From NCBI GenBank assembly GCA_963730185.1, contig CAVSQW010000006.1, positions 1 through 64,000 of the forward strand: a DNA stretch of 64,000 nt, given 5' to 3'. The first letter of the stretch is position 1. The number at the start of each line of letters is the position of its first letter. The notes under the pieces are model-generated. The model did not search any database, was not told the DNA's origin, and worked only from the letters and a program-made list of their open reading frames with translations. Source of the stretch: an uncultured Gemmatimonadales bacterium. GTDB taxonomy: Bacteria; Gemmatimonadota; Gemmatimonadetes; Gemmatimonadales; GWC2-71-9. Position numbers and translations under genes: made by a program. Positions 49,545 to 59,887 of the stretch are shown in pieces.

Positions 49545-50573
49545 TTAGGAGTCGGTCGACCCTCGTTCGAGCGCGTATCGGACCGCCGCGGCCCGACCCC
49601 GGACTCCGAGCTTGTCGTAGATGTGGGTGAGATGCCGGGTGACGGTATGGAGGCTGATCGAGAGCCGCGTCGCGATCTCCTGGTTGGTCGCACCCTTCGC
49701 GACCTGGCCCAAGACTTCGCGTTCGCGCTCGGTCAGCTGGCCCAGGTTCGCGGCCGCGCCGGGGTCGAGGCCGACGAGTCGGAGAATGGCGGCGAGCGCG
49801 GTGTCACCGGGCGCTCCCTCTTCGGTCTCGCAGACGGTCAGATGGGCGCCCGCAATCGAAGCGGCGAGCTCACGGCTCCGCTCCTCGCTGGCGAGGGCGT
49901 TGGATCGATCGTGAAGCACGAGCGTCGGTGCCGTCACCCGACCGAGCCGATCCGTCACGTCCCAGCCACGGCGATCCTCGAGGAAACGCAGGAACTCGGC
50001 CTGCGTCGTGGCGTCGCGCGCCACCTGAGCCCATCGCCGAGCCGCTCGGGCATCGCGCCATCCCAACGCCGCCTGGCCGATCGATTCGGTGAACAGGGTC
50101 CAGTCCGCCCGAGCGATTCCGAAGAGAGAGCGGAGGCGCGGAGCGAGGCCGTGGTCCACGTTCCGCGCGAACGAGCTCCACAGCACCAGGTGGGCAACCC
50201 GCGAGGGGTGCTCCGCCGCATAGGCCACGGCCGGCAGGCCGCCGCTCAGCCAGCCGAGCAGGATCACAGGCTCCGACGACACGGACCCGGCGACCGCGTC
50301 GATGTCTCGCGCCAGCGCGTCGATGGTCTGGGGACCGCAGTCGCGGCTGGAGAGGCCTCCGCCGCGGTGATCGTACCGGACGACGGTGAAGCGCCGACTC
50401 AGCGCCTCGTACCAGCGCCGCATCGCCGGGACGGACCACTCGGCATGGGCATGACCCAGCTGCACGTTGGGAGAGTGCAGCAGGACCGGGCCGCGCCCGT
50501 GGCGCCAATAGGCGATATCCGCGCCGTCTTCCGTGCGCACATAGCGAATGGCCGGCGCCCCGCGCTCGGTCAC
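49545..50573 (-). CDS. Alpha/beta-hydrolase-fold sensor fused to LuxR HTH
   Basis: RYVRTEDGADIAY, VRYDHRGGGLS, APTLVLH; LTEREREVL..GATNQEIA..L.IS..TV..HL..IY.KLGV. Confidence 0.92.
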   Translation of the reverse strand: MTERGAPAIRYVRTEDGADIAYWRHGRGPVLLHSPNVQLGHAHAEWSVPAMRRWYEALSRRFTVVRYDHRGGGLSSRDCGPQTIDALARDIDAVAGSVSSEPVILLGWLSGGLPAVAYAAEHPSRVAHLVLWSSFARNVDHGLAPRLRSLFGIARADWTLFTESIGQAALGWRDARAARRWAQVARDATTQAEFLRFLEDRRGWDVTDRLGRVTAPTLVLHDRSNALASEERSRELAASIAGAHLTVCETEEGAPGDTALAAILRLVGLDPGAAANLGQLTEREREVLGQVAKGATNQEIATRLSISLHTVTRHLTHIYDKLGVRGRAAAVRYALERGSTDS

Positions 50574-50698
50574 GGCGCGGCTTCGCGCAGGCCGCCGGGC
50601 GGTTGTCCCCCGGATGCCACGGACCTCATGGCTGATGAGAGCCCGCCGCCGACCGGATGTCAAGTGGAAACGGGCGGCGGCCGGGCAGGAAGGTGTCC

Positions 50699-51202
50699 TC
50701 AGGAGCGCCTTGGGCGCGAGAGCCGGGGGAGCCAGCGCGGGACGGTGTCCCGATACTCGCGATACGGCCGCCCGAACCGGCGCTCGAGCCCGGGCTCCTC
50801 CACCAGCAGGAAGTAGACGTGGTTGAGCAGGAAGAAGGTCCCGGCCCAGACGCCTAACGTCGTCGACCGCCAGACCAGCGCCTCACCGATCAGGACGGCC
50901 AGCACGCTGGTGATCATCGGGTTCCGGACCCAACGGTAGGGTCCCACCGCCACCAGGCGGCGGGTGGGGTCCCAGGGCGCCAGCGTGCCCCGCCCCACCC
51001 TGGCGAAGAGCGCCACGCACCAGGCAAAGAGGCCCAACCCGAGGATCAGCAGGACCAGCCCGGCCAGGCGGACCGCCTCCCAGCCGAGCGGGCCCCCGGG
51101 CAGGAGCCGGGCGTCGTCACCCAGCAGCAGGCGAGGGACCACGATCGTCACCATGACCGGCAGGAGCACGATCGCGAACAGGTGCCGGAGGACCGTCATC
51201 AC
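50699..51202 (-). CDS. Isoprenylcysteine carboxyl methyltransferase/PEMT family membrane protein
   Basis: GRGTLAPWDPTRRLVAVGPYRWVRNPM, EEPGLERRFG..Y..Y...VPRW. Confidence 0.9.
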   Translation of the reverse strand: MMTVLRHLFAIVLLPVMVTIVVPRLLLGDDARLLPGGPLGWEAVRLAGLVLLILGLGLFAWCVALFARVGRGTLAPWDPTRRLVAVGPYRWVRNPMITSVLAVLIGEALVWRSTTLGVWAGTFFLLNHVYFLLVEEPGLERRFGRPYREYRDTVPRWLPRLSRPRRS

Positions 51203-51217
51203 GCCGAAGCGCCGGCC

Positions 51218-51979
51218 TCAGATGCCGTTGTACCAGGCCCATCCGTGCTGGATGTTGCCCTCCTCGCCGCCGTCGTCCCAGGTGTCGGTGACCTCGACCC
51301 GGGCCAGGAACTTCATGCTCTTGTAGCCGATCTGGTTTTCGACCCGGAGCCGGAGCGGCCCGCCGTGGGGAACGGGCAGGTCGCGTCCGTTCATGCCGTA
51401 GGCGAGGATGGTCTGGGGGTGGAAGGCGTCGATCAGGTCGATGCTGTCGACCCAGCCGTCGTAGGCGCTGTATTTCACGTATCGGGCGGTGGGGAGAATC
51501 CCGGCGGCTTGCAGCACCGTCCGGAGCGGGACTCCGGTCCACTGGCCGATGGCCGACCACCCCTCCTCGCAGGTGTGCCGCGTGATCTGGGTCCGCGCCG
51601 GAAGGGCCTTGAGCTCGGCCAGCGAGAACGACCGCGGCCGCGCCACCCGGCCCTCGACCACCAGCCGCCAATCCGCGAAGCCGCCCGCCCGAAGCCGGCG
51701 GTAGGTCTCCGCCAGCGGTTCGTCCAGCAGACCGGGATCGTACGTGCCGGTCGCCGGGAACGGGCTCAGGTCGGCGACCGAGTACTCCTTCACCAGCGCC
51801 TGGCGCGGCAGCAGAATCCGGTGGGCGGCGTAGGTGAGATCGTCACCCATCCGGAGCAGGTTGCCGTAGGTCGGCGGCAGCATTCGCGGCGCCCGGAGGT
51901 ACGCGGCGACGCCCCCGGCCGCCGCGGCCAGCCCCGCCACGATCGCGTGACGGCGGGTGAACAGTCCGTCTCGGCTCAT
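51218..51979 (-). CDS. Molybdopterin-dependent oxidoreductase (sulfite oxidase/MsrP-like), Tat-like signal
   Basis: FTRRHAI; QITRHTCEEGWSAIGQWTG, HPQTILAYGMNG, HGGPLRLRVENQIGYKSMK. Confidence 0.9.
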   Translation of the reverse strand: MSRDGLFTRRHAIVAGLAAAAGGVAAYLRAPRMLPPTYGNLLRMGDDLTYAAHRILLPRQALVKEYSVADLSPFPATGTYDPGLLDEPLAETYRRLRAGGFADWRLVVEGRVARPRSFSLAELKALPARTQITRHTCEEGWSAIGQWTGVPLRTVLQAAGILPTARYVKYSAYDGWVDSIDLIDAFHPQTILAYGMNGRDLPVPHGGPLRLRVENQIGYKSMKFLARVEVTDTWDDGGEEGNIQHGWAWYNGI

Positions 51980-52785
51980 CCTCTTCCTCCCACGGTCATC
52001 CCCCGGATCTGCGTCCGGAAGCCGGACAGCCCCACCATTGCCAAGTGCACGGCCACGAAGCCGAGCAGCAGCGCGAAGGCGAAAAAATGAATCGTCCGGG
52101 CGTACTGGTGCCCGCGGAAGATGGCCAGGATCCAGGGCCACCCGGCCGTGACCGCCGGGGCCATCGCCAGGCCGGACAAGATGATCACCGGCGCCAGGAC
52201 GAAGATCACGACGGTGTAGGCCAGCTTCTGGAGCGAGCCGTAGGCCGGCCCGCCCTGGGCCGGCGCGATCCGGAGCCGGAGGTGGTCGGCCAGCTCTCGC
52301 TTCATCACCGGGGCCGCGAGATCGGCGGCCCGGGGAACCACGTGGCGCCGGAAGTGCCCCGCCACGAGACCCAGCACCAGATACATGAGGCCCGGCAGGA
52401 CCAGCAGCCAGCCGGCCAGGAAGTGGAAGCTCCGAGCCCAGCCGTTCTGGTTCCAGGGCTCGCGGGTGCGGCTCGCCGTGACGACCGAGGCCGACAGGCC
52501 GGGAAAGGTCTCGCGGGCGGTGTAGGCGTCGGCGGGGTAGTCGGGCGCGATCGGAAAGGTGATTAGCGCCGGGGTGAGGTCGTTGCCGACCGGGCCCCAG
52601 TACAGGCGTGGGTGGACCCGCAGAATCCAGACCCCGCTCCCCGCGAGCGCGAGGACCGTCAGAGCCGTGATCCAGTGGGTAACCCGGACCCAGCGGGCGT
52701 GCGCCGGAACGTCGGCCCGGCGGCCGGCGGTTGCTGAGGTCAACGGCGGATCTCCTCGGGGAAAGGGCCGCGCCCGCTCGGGCAA
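51976..52785 (-). CDS. Cytochrome b/b6 domain membrane protein
   Basis: VRVTHW, RSFHF, YGSLQKLAY, ARTIHF, VHL; start uncertain. Confidence 0.88.
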   Translation of the reverse strand: MPERARPFPRGDPPLTSATAGRRADVPAHARWVRVTHWITALTVLALAGSGVWILRVHPRLYWGPVGNDLTPALITFPIAPDYPADAYTARETFPGLSASVVTASRTREPWNQNGWARSFHFLAGWLLVLPGLMYLVLGLVAGHFRRHVVPRAADLAAPVMKRELADHLRLRIAPAQGGPAYGSLQKLAYTVVIFVLAPVIILSGLAMAPAVTAGWPWILAIFRGHQYARTIHFFAFALLLGFVAVHLAMVGLSGFRTQIRGMTVGGRG

Positions 52786-52855
52786 TGGGGTATGCTACCG
52801 CCGTCCTCATGGGAATGCCACATCCGGCCCGCGACGAGGCGCGCCCGCGTCCGCC

Positions 52856-53935
52856 TCAGCTGTCACCGTGGAACTTCTTCTTCGCCGCGGCCGGCGCCGC
52901 CGGCGGCTTGGGCATCTTCTCCGGCTCGAGCCAGTTGGTGATCACCATCGAGAGATACTCCGCCCGGATCGCCTTGGCCGCCGGGCTGGTGGCCACCGCG
53001 CGGGGCCAGAGTCGAAGCCGGTCCAGGCCCGCCATCGAGGTCATCGCGGTGCTCTTCTCGTACCCGGAAATGAAGTCCGGCGTCGTGTAGACCAGGGTCA
53101 CGCTGTCCGCCCGCTCGCTCCCCGGCACCGAGCTGGCCAGGTCGGCCTCCAGCTTGTTGAGGTAGCTCATCTCGAACCGGTACGAGGTGGCCACCGAGAG
53201 CGGGGTGAAGGTCCCCAGCTTCCGGATGGCCGCCTCGGCCGCGCGGCGAATGTTGGCCCGGGCGGCCGCCTCGGGCAGGAGGTTGGCGTGGGCCCGGCCG
53301 TCCGCCGCCTTGACCACGGCGTACTCCACCTTGGGGAACTCCTCCGCGATCTGGGCCCGGAGCACGTCGTCGCCCGAGACCATGATCACCGGAATCCCGT
53401 AGCGCGCCGCCGAGCGGGCCACGATCGACGTCTCCGTCAGCCAGACGCCGTTGACCCGATAGGCGGGCTCCACCGTGACGGTGTGCGCCATGAACCCCGG
53501 CGTGGCCGCCCGGGCGTGCATCCCGATGCAGACGATCGCCTGGTAGCTCGAGTCCGGCGCCTCGACGTAGGGATCGAAGGGGTGGTCCTTGAAGAGGAAG
53601 GTGGCCCGCTTGTCCATCCGGTCGAGCAGGATGTCGGGCTCCTCGGAGTTGCCGCTCCCGTGGGCGTCGGTCACCACGATTTCGCCCGCGCCGCCCGCGA
53701 CCAGGCCCGCGATGGCGGCGTTGACGTCGCCCGTCAGGAGCTCGCGGGAATGGGGATACGCCGGCTGGCCGAAGAGCACCTGGCGGGGCCGGCTGATCCC
53801 CGAGATCCCCTCCATGTCGTAGTAGACCAGCACCTTGGGGCCGGCCCGGTGGCCCGGGAGGGAATCCGAGGGCGCTGGGCCGGCAGGCCCCCCGCCAACG
53901 GCGAGCGCGACGAGACTGAGAGCGACGAACGACAT
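52856..53935 (-). CDS. M55 family (DppA-like) metallo D-aminopeptidase with signal peptide
   Basis: YDMEGISG, DAHGSG, GMHARA, AHT, SGDD, VVK. Confidence 0.9.
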   Translation of the reverse strand: MSFVALSLVALAVGGGPAGPAPSDSLPGHRAGPKVLVYYDMEGISGISRPRQVLFGQPAYPHSRELLTGDVNAAIAGLVAGGAGEIVVTDAHGSGNSEEPDILLDRMDKRATFLFKDHPFDPYVEAPDSSYQAIVCIGMHARAATPGFMAHTVTVEPAYRVNGVWLTETSIVARSAARYGIPVIMVSGDDVLRAQIAEEFPKVEYAVVKAADGRAHANLLPEAAARANIRRAAEAAIRKLGTFTPLSVATSYRFEMSYLNKLEADLASSVPGSERADSVTLVYTTPDFISGYEKSTAMTSMAGLDRLRLWPRAVATSPAAKAIRAEYLSMVITNWLEPEKMPKPPAAPAAAKKKFHGDS

Positions 53936-54115
53936 CGGAACCTCGCTGGACGTGGTTGAGGGAGCGGACCGACCCGGAAGATATCGCTGGAGCCCGGTCC
54001 CGTCGCCGAGACCGGCGGGCTCCCCGACGCAACCGGACGGCCCTTCGAGTCATCCTATCTGGTGCCGAAGGCCCCCGTCCGCCATCATTGGAACCGTCCC
54101 CGGGAGAGATCGCTC

Positions 54116-55564
54116 ATGGCATCAGTCGTGTTCCGCGCCGCGCTGGCCCTGACCCTCGTACCGCCGGCCCTGGCGGCGCAGACCGCCTCGCCCGCCGCCC
54201 GCCGAGCCCACGAGCTGGTGAGCCTGATCGACCAGGCGACGCCGGCCGCGATCGAGGCCTACGTCGACAGCGCGTTCGGCGGCCGGATGCGTGAGATGCC
54301 GATGGAAGCGCACCAGAACTTCTTCATGGGTCAGCACGACCAGACCGGCGGCCTCGAATGGATCGAGGCCCGGAACGCCACGCCGACCGCGGCCACCGCG
54401 GTGGTCAAGAGCCGCCTGACCGGCGAGATCATGGCGATCGGGGTCCAGGTCGACGCCCAGAGCCCCTACCGGATCGCCGGGATCGGCCGGCAGCCCCCGC
54501 CGCCCGACCTGGCGGCGAAGGCGGTGGTCACGAGCGACGCCGACCTGGCAACCCAGCTGGCCCGGTACGTCGACCAGCTCGCCGCCGCCGACGTGTTCTC
54601 GGGGGCGGTGCTGGTGGCGCACGGAGGCAAGGTGGTCTTCGAGAAGGCGTACGGCGTCGCCAACAAGGACTTCAACGCCCCCAACACGCTCGAGACCAAG
54701 TTCAACCTCGGTTCGATGAACAAGATGTTCACCAGCGTGGCCATCGCCCAGCTGGTCGAGCAAGGGAAAGTCTCCTACGACGATCCGCTCTCGAAATACC
54801 TCCCGGGCTTCCCCAACCCCGAGGCGGCCAGGAAGATCAAGATCAAGCACCTGCTGAGCCACACCTCGGGGTTGGGCAGCTACTTCAATGAGAAGTTCGA
54901 CCGGTCGTCGCGGGCGCTCTTCAAGACTGTCGATCAGATGCTGACCCTGGCCGAAGGCGACTCGCTGGCCTTCGAGCCGGGCACCCGATGGTCCTACAGC
55001 AACACCGGGATGCTGGTGCTCGGCAAGGTGATCGAGGTGGCGAGCGGGGAGAGCTACTTCGACTACATCCGGGAGCACGTCTACGGCCCGGCCGGGATGA
55101 CCCACTCCGACTCGTATCTGCTGGACGAGGTCAATCCCAACCTGGCGGTGGGCTACGAGAAGGAGCACGAGCCCGACGGCCGGGTGCGCTACCACAACAA
55201 CCTCTACATGCACGTGATCCGGGGCGGTCCCGCGGGCGGGGGCTACTCGACCGTGGGCGACCTGCTCCGGTTCGCCGAGGCGCTCACGGCCGGCCGGCTG
55301 GTGAGCCCGGCCTCCTATCAACTGCTCACCAGCCCCAAGCCCGAGCTCAGCTCGCCGAGCTACGGCTACGGCTTCGGGGTGGACTCGGAGACCGGGATCG
55401 TGGGACACAGCGGCGGCTTCCCGGGCATCAGCTCGAATCTCGACATCTTCAAGGGCACGGGCTGGGTCGCGGCGGTTCAGTCCAACTACAGCGGGGGGGC
55501 GCAGCCGGTGGTGCAGAAGATCCGGGAGCTGGTTCGGGCCCGGGGCACCGGCCCCACGCCCTGA
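54116..55564 (+). CDS. Serine hydrolase, beta-lactamase/PBP-like
   Basis: Signal peptide; GSMNKMF, YSNTG, GHSGG. Confidence 0.93.
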   Translation: MASVVFRAALALTLVPPALAAQTASPAARRAHELVSLIDQATPAAIEAYVDSAFGGRMREMPMEAHQNFFMGQHDQTGGLEWIEARNATPTAATAVVKSRLTGEIMAIGVQVDAQSPYRIAGIGRQPPPPDLAAKAVVTSDADLATQLARYVDQLAAADVFSGAVLVAHGGKVVFEKAYGVANKDFNAPNTLETKFNLGSMNKMFTSVAIAQLVEQGKVSYDDPLSKYLPGFPNPEAARKIKIKHLLSHTSGLGSYFNEKFDRSSRALFKTVDQMLTLAEGDSLAFEPGTRWSYSNTGMLVLGKVIEVASGESYFDYIREHVYGPAGMTHSDSYLLDEVNPNLAVGYEKEHEPDGRVRYHNNLYMHVIRGGPAGGGYSTVGDLLRFAEALTAGRLVSPASYQLLTSPKPELSSPSYGYGFGVDSETGIVGHSGGFPGISSNLDIFKGTGWVAAVQSNYSGGAQPVVQKIRELVRARGTGPTP

Positions 55565-55681
55565 GGGTTCGCGCGCCCGATCGGCGGCATCGGGCAGATT
55601 CGCGGTCGGTGGGGGCGGCCAGTAGATTTTCGGCTGGCCGGTAACGGCCTCCGTCCTTCCTTCTCGCATCGGGATCTGCCC

Positions 55682-58600
55682 GTGTCCATCATATCGTCCC
55701 GCGCCGCCTTCGCCCTGCTGGTCGCCGGTCTGGTCGCCACCCCGGCCAGGGCCCAGCTCGCCACGCCGATCGACACCACCGCCCTTCAAGCCCTCCATTG
55801 GCGCCTGATCGGCCCGTTCCGCTCCGGTCGCTCCGTGGCCGTGGCCGGCTCGGCCGAGCGGCCGCTCGAGTACTACGCCGGCACTACCGGCGGTGGGGTG
55901 ATGAAGACCACCAACGGTGGCTACACCTGGAAGCCGGTCACCGACAAGTACTTCGGCGGCACGATCGGGGGAATCGCGGTCTACCAGCCCAACCCCGACA
56001 TCGTCTACGTCGGGACCGGCGAGTACACCCTCCGCGGCAACGCCTCTTACGGCGACGGGGTCTTCAAGACCACCGACGGCGGCCAGACCTGGGACACCCT
56101 CGGCCTGGCCGAGACCCGGCAGATCTCCCGGGTCATCGTCCATCCCTGGAACCCCGAGATCGTCTACGTCGCGGCCCTCGGTCACGAGAGCGGTCCCAAC
56201 CCGGAGCGCGGCGTCTACCGCTCCCGGGACGGCGGCAAGACCTGGGACAAGATCCTCTTCGTGAACGACTCGGTCGGCGCCACCGACCTCCAGATCGACC
56301 CGACCGACCCGAACGTCCTCTACGCCTCCACCTGGCGGGTGGTCCGCACACCCTGGGACATCGTGAGCGGCGGCCCCGGAAGCGGGATCTACAAGACCAC
56401 CGACGGCGGCGACCACTGGACCGAGATCACCCACCACCCGGGGCTCCCCAGCGGCGTCATCGGCAACGTGGGCCTCGCGGTCTCCCCAGCGAATCACCGG
56501 CTGATCTGGGCGATGATCGAGTCGGACTCGGGCGGGCTCTTCCGCTCCGACGACGCCGGCGCCACCTGGACTCGGGTCAACGACTCGAACAACAAGACCA
56601 TCGACGGGATGGGCCCCCACTGGCGCCCGTTCTACTTCTCCAAGGTCTTCGCCGATCCGATCGACACCAACACCTTGTACCTGCCCAATGGCGTCCTCTT
56701 CCGGAGCACCGACGGCGGCAAGCACTTCAAGGAAGTGCAGGGCTACGACGATCTCTGGGACACCCACGCCCTCTGGATCGCGCCGAACGACCCGAACCGG
56801 ATGGCCGTCGCGGCCGACCAGGGCGCCCGGGTCACCTTCGACCAGGGGCAGACCTGGAGCACCACCGGCTACGCCACCGGCCAGTTCTACCACGTCATCG
56901 CCACCAACCACTTCCCCTACCGGGTCTGCGGCGCCCAGCAGGACAACGTGGCCCAATGCGGCCCGAGCCGCACCGACGGGATGTTCGACATCTCGGCCTG
57001 GTACTACCCGGGCGGCGGCGAGGCGGGCATCATCGCGGTGGACCCCCAGAACCCGGACCTGACCTACGCCGCCGGCGAGAAGCTCGATCACGGCCGCGGG
57101 ATCGGAACCCGGATGATCGAGGCCTGGGAGCGGGCGGCGCCGCCGATGACCGCCCAGTACCGCTTCAACTGGACCACTCCGATCATCGTCTCGCCCCACG
57201 ACCGGAACACCCTCTACGAGGGCGCCAACGTGCTCCTGAAGAGCACGGACGGCGGGCAAGAACTGGCGCGCCATCTCGCCCGACCTGACCCGGCACGACC
57301 CGAGCACGCTGGTCGTCGCCGGCCGGCCGATCACCATCGAGAACAGCGGGGCCGAGAACTACGCCACCATCTTTACGGTCGCGGAGTCGCCGGTGGCCAA
57401 GGGCGTGATCTGGGTCGGCTCCGACGACGGGATGGTCCACCTGACCCGGGACGGCGGGGCGCACTGGAAAGACGTGACCCCAAAGGTGCCGCCCTTCACC
57501 CGGATGTCGATCATCGACGCCTCGCCGCACGCGGCGGGCACCGCGTATCTGGCCGCCAACCGGCAAATGCTCGACGACTACACCCCGTACCTCTTCAAGA
57601 CCACCGACTACGGCGCCACCTGGACCGAGATCGACGCCGGGATCCCGAAAAACGAGTTCACCCACGTGATCCGGGAAGATCCGGTCCGCCGGGGGCTCCT
57701 CTACGCCGGGACCGAGCGGGGGGTCTGGTTCAGCCTCGACGACGGCGGCCACTGGCAGTCGCTCCGCCGGAACCTCCCGGAGGTGCCGGTGCACGACCTG
57801 GTGGTGAAGAACGCCGATCTGGCCATCGCCACCCACGGCCGGGCCCTCTGGATCATGGACGACGTCTCGCCCCTCCGGCAGCTCGCGGCCGGCACCCTGA
57901 GCGGGAAGGCCCACCTGTTCGACCCGGAAGACACCTACCGGATCTTCTGGCGCGGGCAGCAGCTGATCCAGAACCTCCCGACCGGCCAGGACCCCGCCAG
58001 CGGAGTGCCCGTCTACTACTGGCTGGCCGACTCGGCCCAGACCGTCACACTCGACGTCCGGGACGCGAGCGGCACCCTGGTCAACCACTTCACCAGCGAG
58101 CAGGACCCGGCCGCCCGGGCCGACAGCCTCAGACTGGACCGGCTCAAAGAGCAGCGGAACGACAGCCTCCGCAAAGCCGGCGTCACGGACTCGGCCACGC
58201 TGGCCAAGCCCTACGTCGAGCCGCCCAGCGACGAGCCCCGGAACCGGCTCGGCAGCCCGCCCCGGCTCCCGGCCAAGCGCGGCCTCAACGTGTTTCATTG
58301 GACCTTCCGCTACGCTGACGGGGTGGCCCTCCGGGACAGCTTGTATCGCCTCACCCGGGTCCGGGGACCGCTGGCGGTGCCGGGTCGCTACTCGGTTTCG
58401 CTCACGGCGGGCGGCCAGACCCAGAAGGCCTCGTTCACGCTGAAGGCCGACCCCCGGATCCCGGCGAGCGCCACGGACCTGTCGGCCCGCCTGGCCTACA
58501 CCCAGCAGCTCAACGCCGCCGTCACCGAGATGATCGAGGCCGCCAATCGGTCGTTCGCGCTCCGGGAACAGATCGACCAGCGCCTGGCGACCGATTCCAC

Positions 58601-58910
58601 CTCGAGCGCGGCTCCATCCCTCCGGGCGCTCCGGGACACGCTCCTGACCTACGGCAAGCGGATGCTGCCGCTCTTCTACGGGCACAATCAGTCTCCCGCG
58701 CCCTACACCTCCACCATCCTCGACGACCTGGCCCGGCTGGGCTACGGCGACACCGACGCCGGGCCCAATGCCGTCGAGCGGAACGCCGCGACGACCATGA
58801 CCGCCCTGGCGCGCCAGGAGGTGACCCGGCTGGACGGCGCGGTTCGAGCCCAGCTGGCCACCGCGAACGAGCGGCTCGAGGCGGCGGGCCAACCGCCCCT
58901 CACCTACTGA
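55682..58910 (+). CDS. VPS10/BNR-repeat (sialidase-like) glycosyl hydrolase; one frameshift near 57260
   Basis: WRLIGPFRSGR and many Asp-boxes (KTTDGGQTW, RSRDGGKTW, RSDDAGATW); continues in ORF 57393-58910. Confidence 0.9.
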
Positions 58911-58918
58911 GGACACTC

Positions 58919-59866
58919 ATGCCCACCTCGACGATTCCGCGTCTGGCCCTGGCCGCCCTGCTGGCGGGCCCGATCGCCTGCGCCAAGACGCCGCCGGCCG
59001 CCGCCCCCAGCCAGGAAACCGTCGTCATCGACAGCGTCGGCGGCCCCGAGGGCCCGCTGGTGGTCGACAGCGATCTCTACTACGTCGCCTGGACCGGGAA
59101 CGCCTTGTACAAATGGGACGGCAAGACCAGCACCGTGGTGAACGACGAGCCGGGATGCGGACACAACGGGGTGGCGCTCACCCCCGCGAAGACCCTGCTC
59201 GTCGCCTGCTCCGCCGACCCCGGCGCCATCATGGAGGTGGACCTGGCGGGGAAGAAGCTCCGGGAGTGGAAGGCCGACCGCGAGGGCACGCCCTTCGTCG
59301 GCGGGATCAACGACATCGCCGTGGCCGCCAACGGGGGCGCCTACGCCACCGTCTTCGGCCCTTTCGCCGAGCGGCCGACCAAGATCATCGGCAAGGTCCT
59401 CTATCTGGCGCCCGAGGCGATGAACTGGGTCGAGGTGGCGGGCGATCTCAACTACCCGAACGGCGTCGGGATCTCGCCCGACCAGCACACGCTCTACGTC
59501 GCCCAGACCGCCGGCAACAGCATTCTCTCGTTCACCATTTCCCCGGACGGCAGCCTGACCGACCGGTCCGACTTCGCCTTCCTGGCCCGGCTCACCCACG
59601 ACACCAGCGACTCGTGGTGGCTCGGGCCCGACAGCATGAAGCTCGACCCCAACGGCAACCTCTACGTCGCCCAGTGGTCCGCCGGCCGGGTGCTGAAGCT
59701 CTCGCCCGAGGGCGAGCTGCTCCATGTCTTCGACATCGCGGCCGGTCGGGGCACCACCAACGTGGCCTTCAGCGCGGACGGGCGGGACCTGTACGTGAGC
59801 GTGGTACGGGATCCAGACGATCCGAAGGCCATGGGCAGCATCGTGAAGGTCCCGAACGTGGAGTAG
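58919..59866 (+). CDS. SMP-30/gluconolactonase family lipoprotein
   Basis: Lipobox PIAC; GPEGP, INDI, PNGVGISPD, GPDSMKLD, TTNVAF. Confidence 0.9.
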   Translation: MPTSTIPRLALAALLAGPIACAKTPPAAAPSQETVVIDSVGGPEGPLVVDSDLYYVAWTGNALYKWDGKTSTVVNDEPGCGHNGVALTPAKTLLVACSADPGAIMEVDLAGKKLREWKADREGTPFVGGINDIAVAANGGAYATVFGPFAERPTKIIGKVLYLAPEAMNWVEVAGDLNYPNGVGISPDQHTLYVAQTAGNSILSFTISPDGSLTDRSDFAFLARLTHDTSDSWWLGPDSMKLDPNGNLYVAQWSAGRVLKLSPEGELLHVFDIAAGRGTTNVAFSADGRDLYVSVVRDPDDPKAMGSIVKVPNVE

Positions 59867-59887
59867 CGGCGGCGGGCCGGCCCCGGC

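Noticed and set aside
43098..55564. Beta-lactam resistance genes
   Set aside because: The two SxxK proteins (43098-44492, 54116-55564) are generic serine hydrolases; resistance cannot be inferred.
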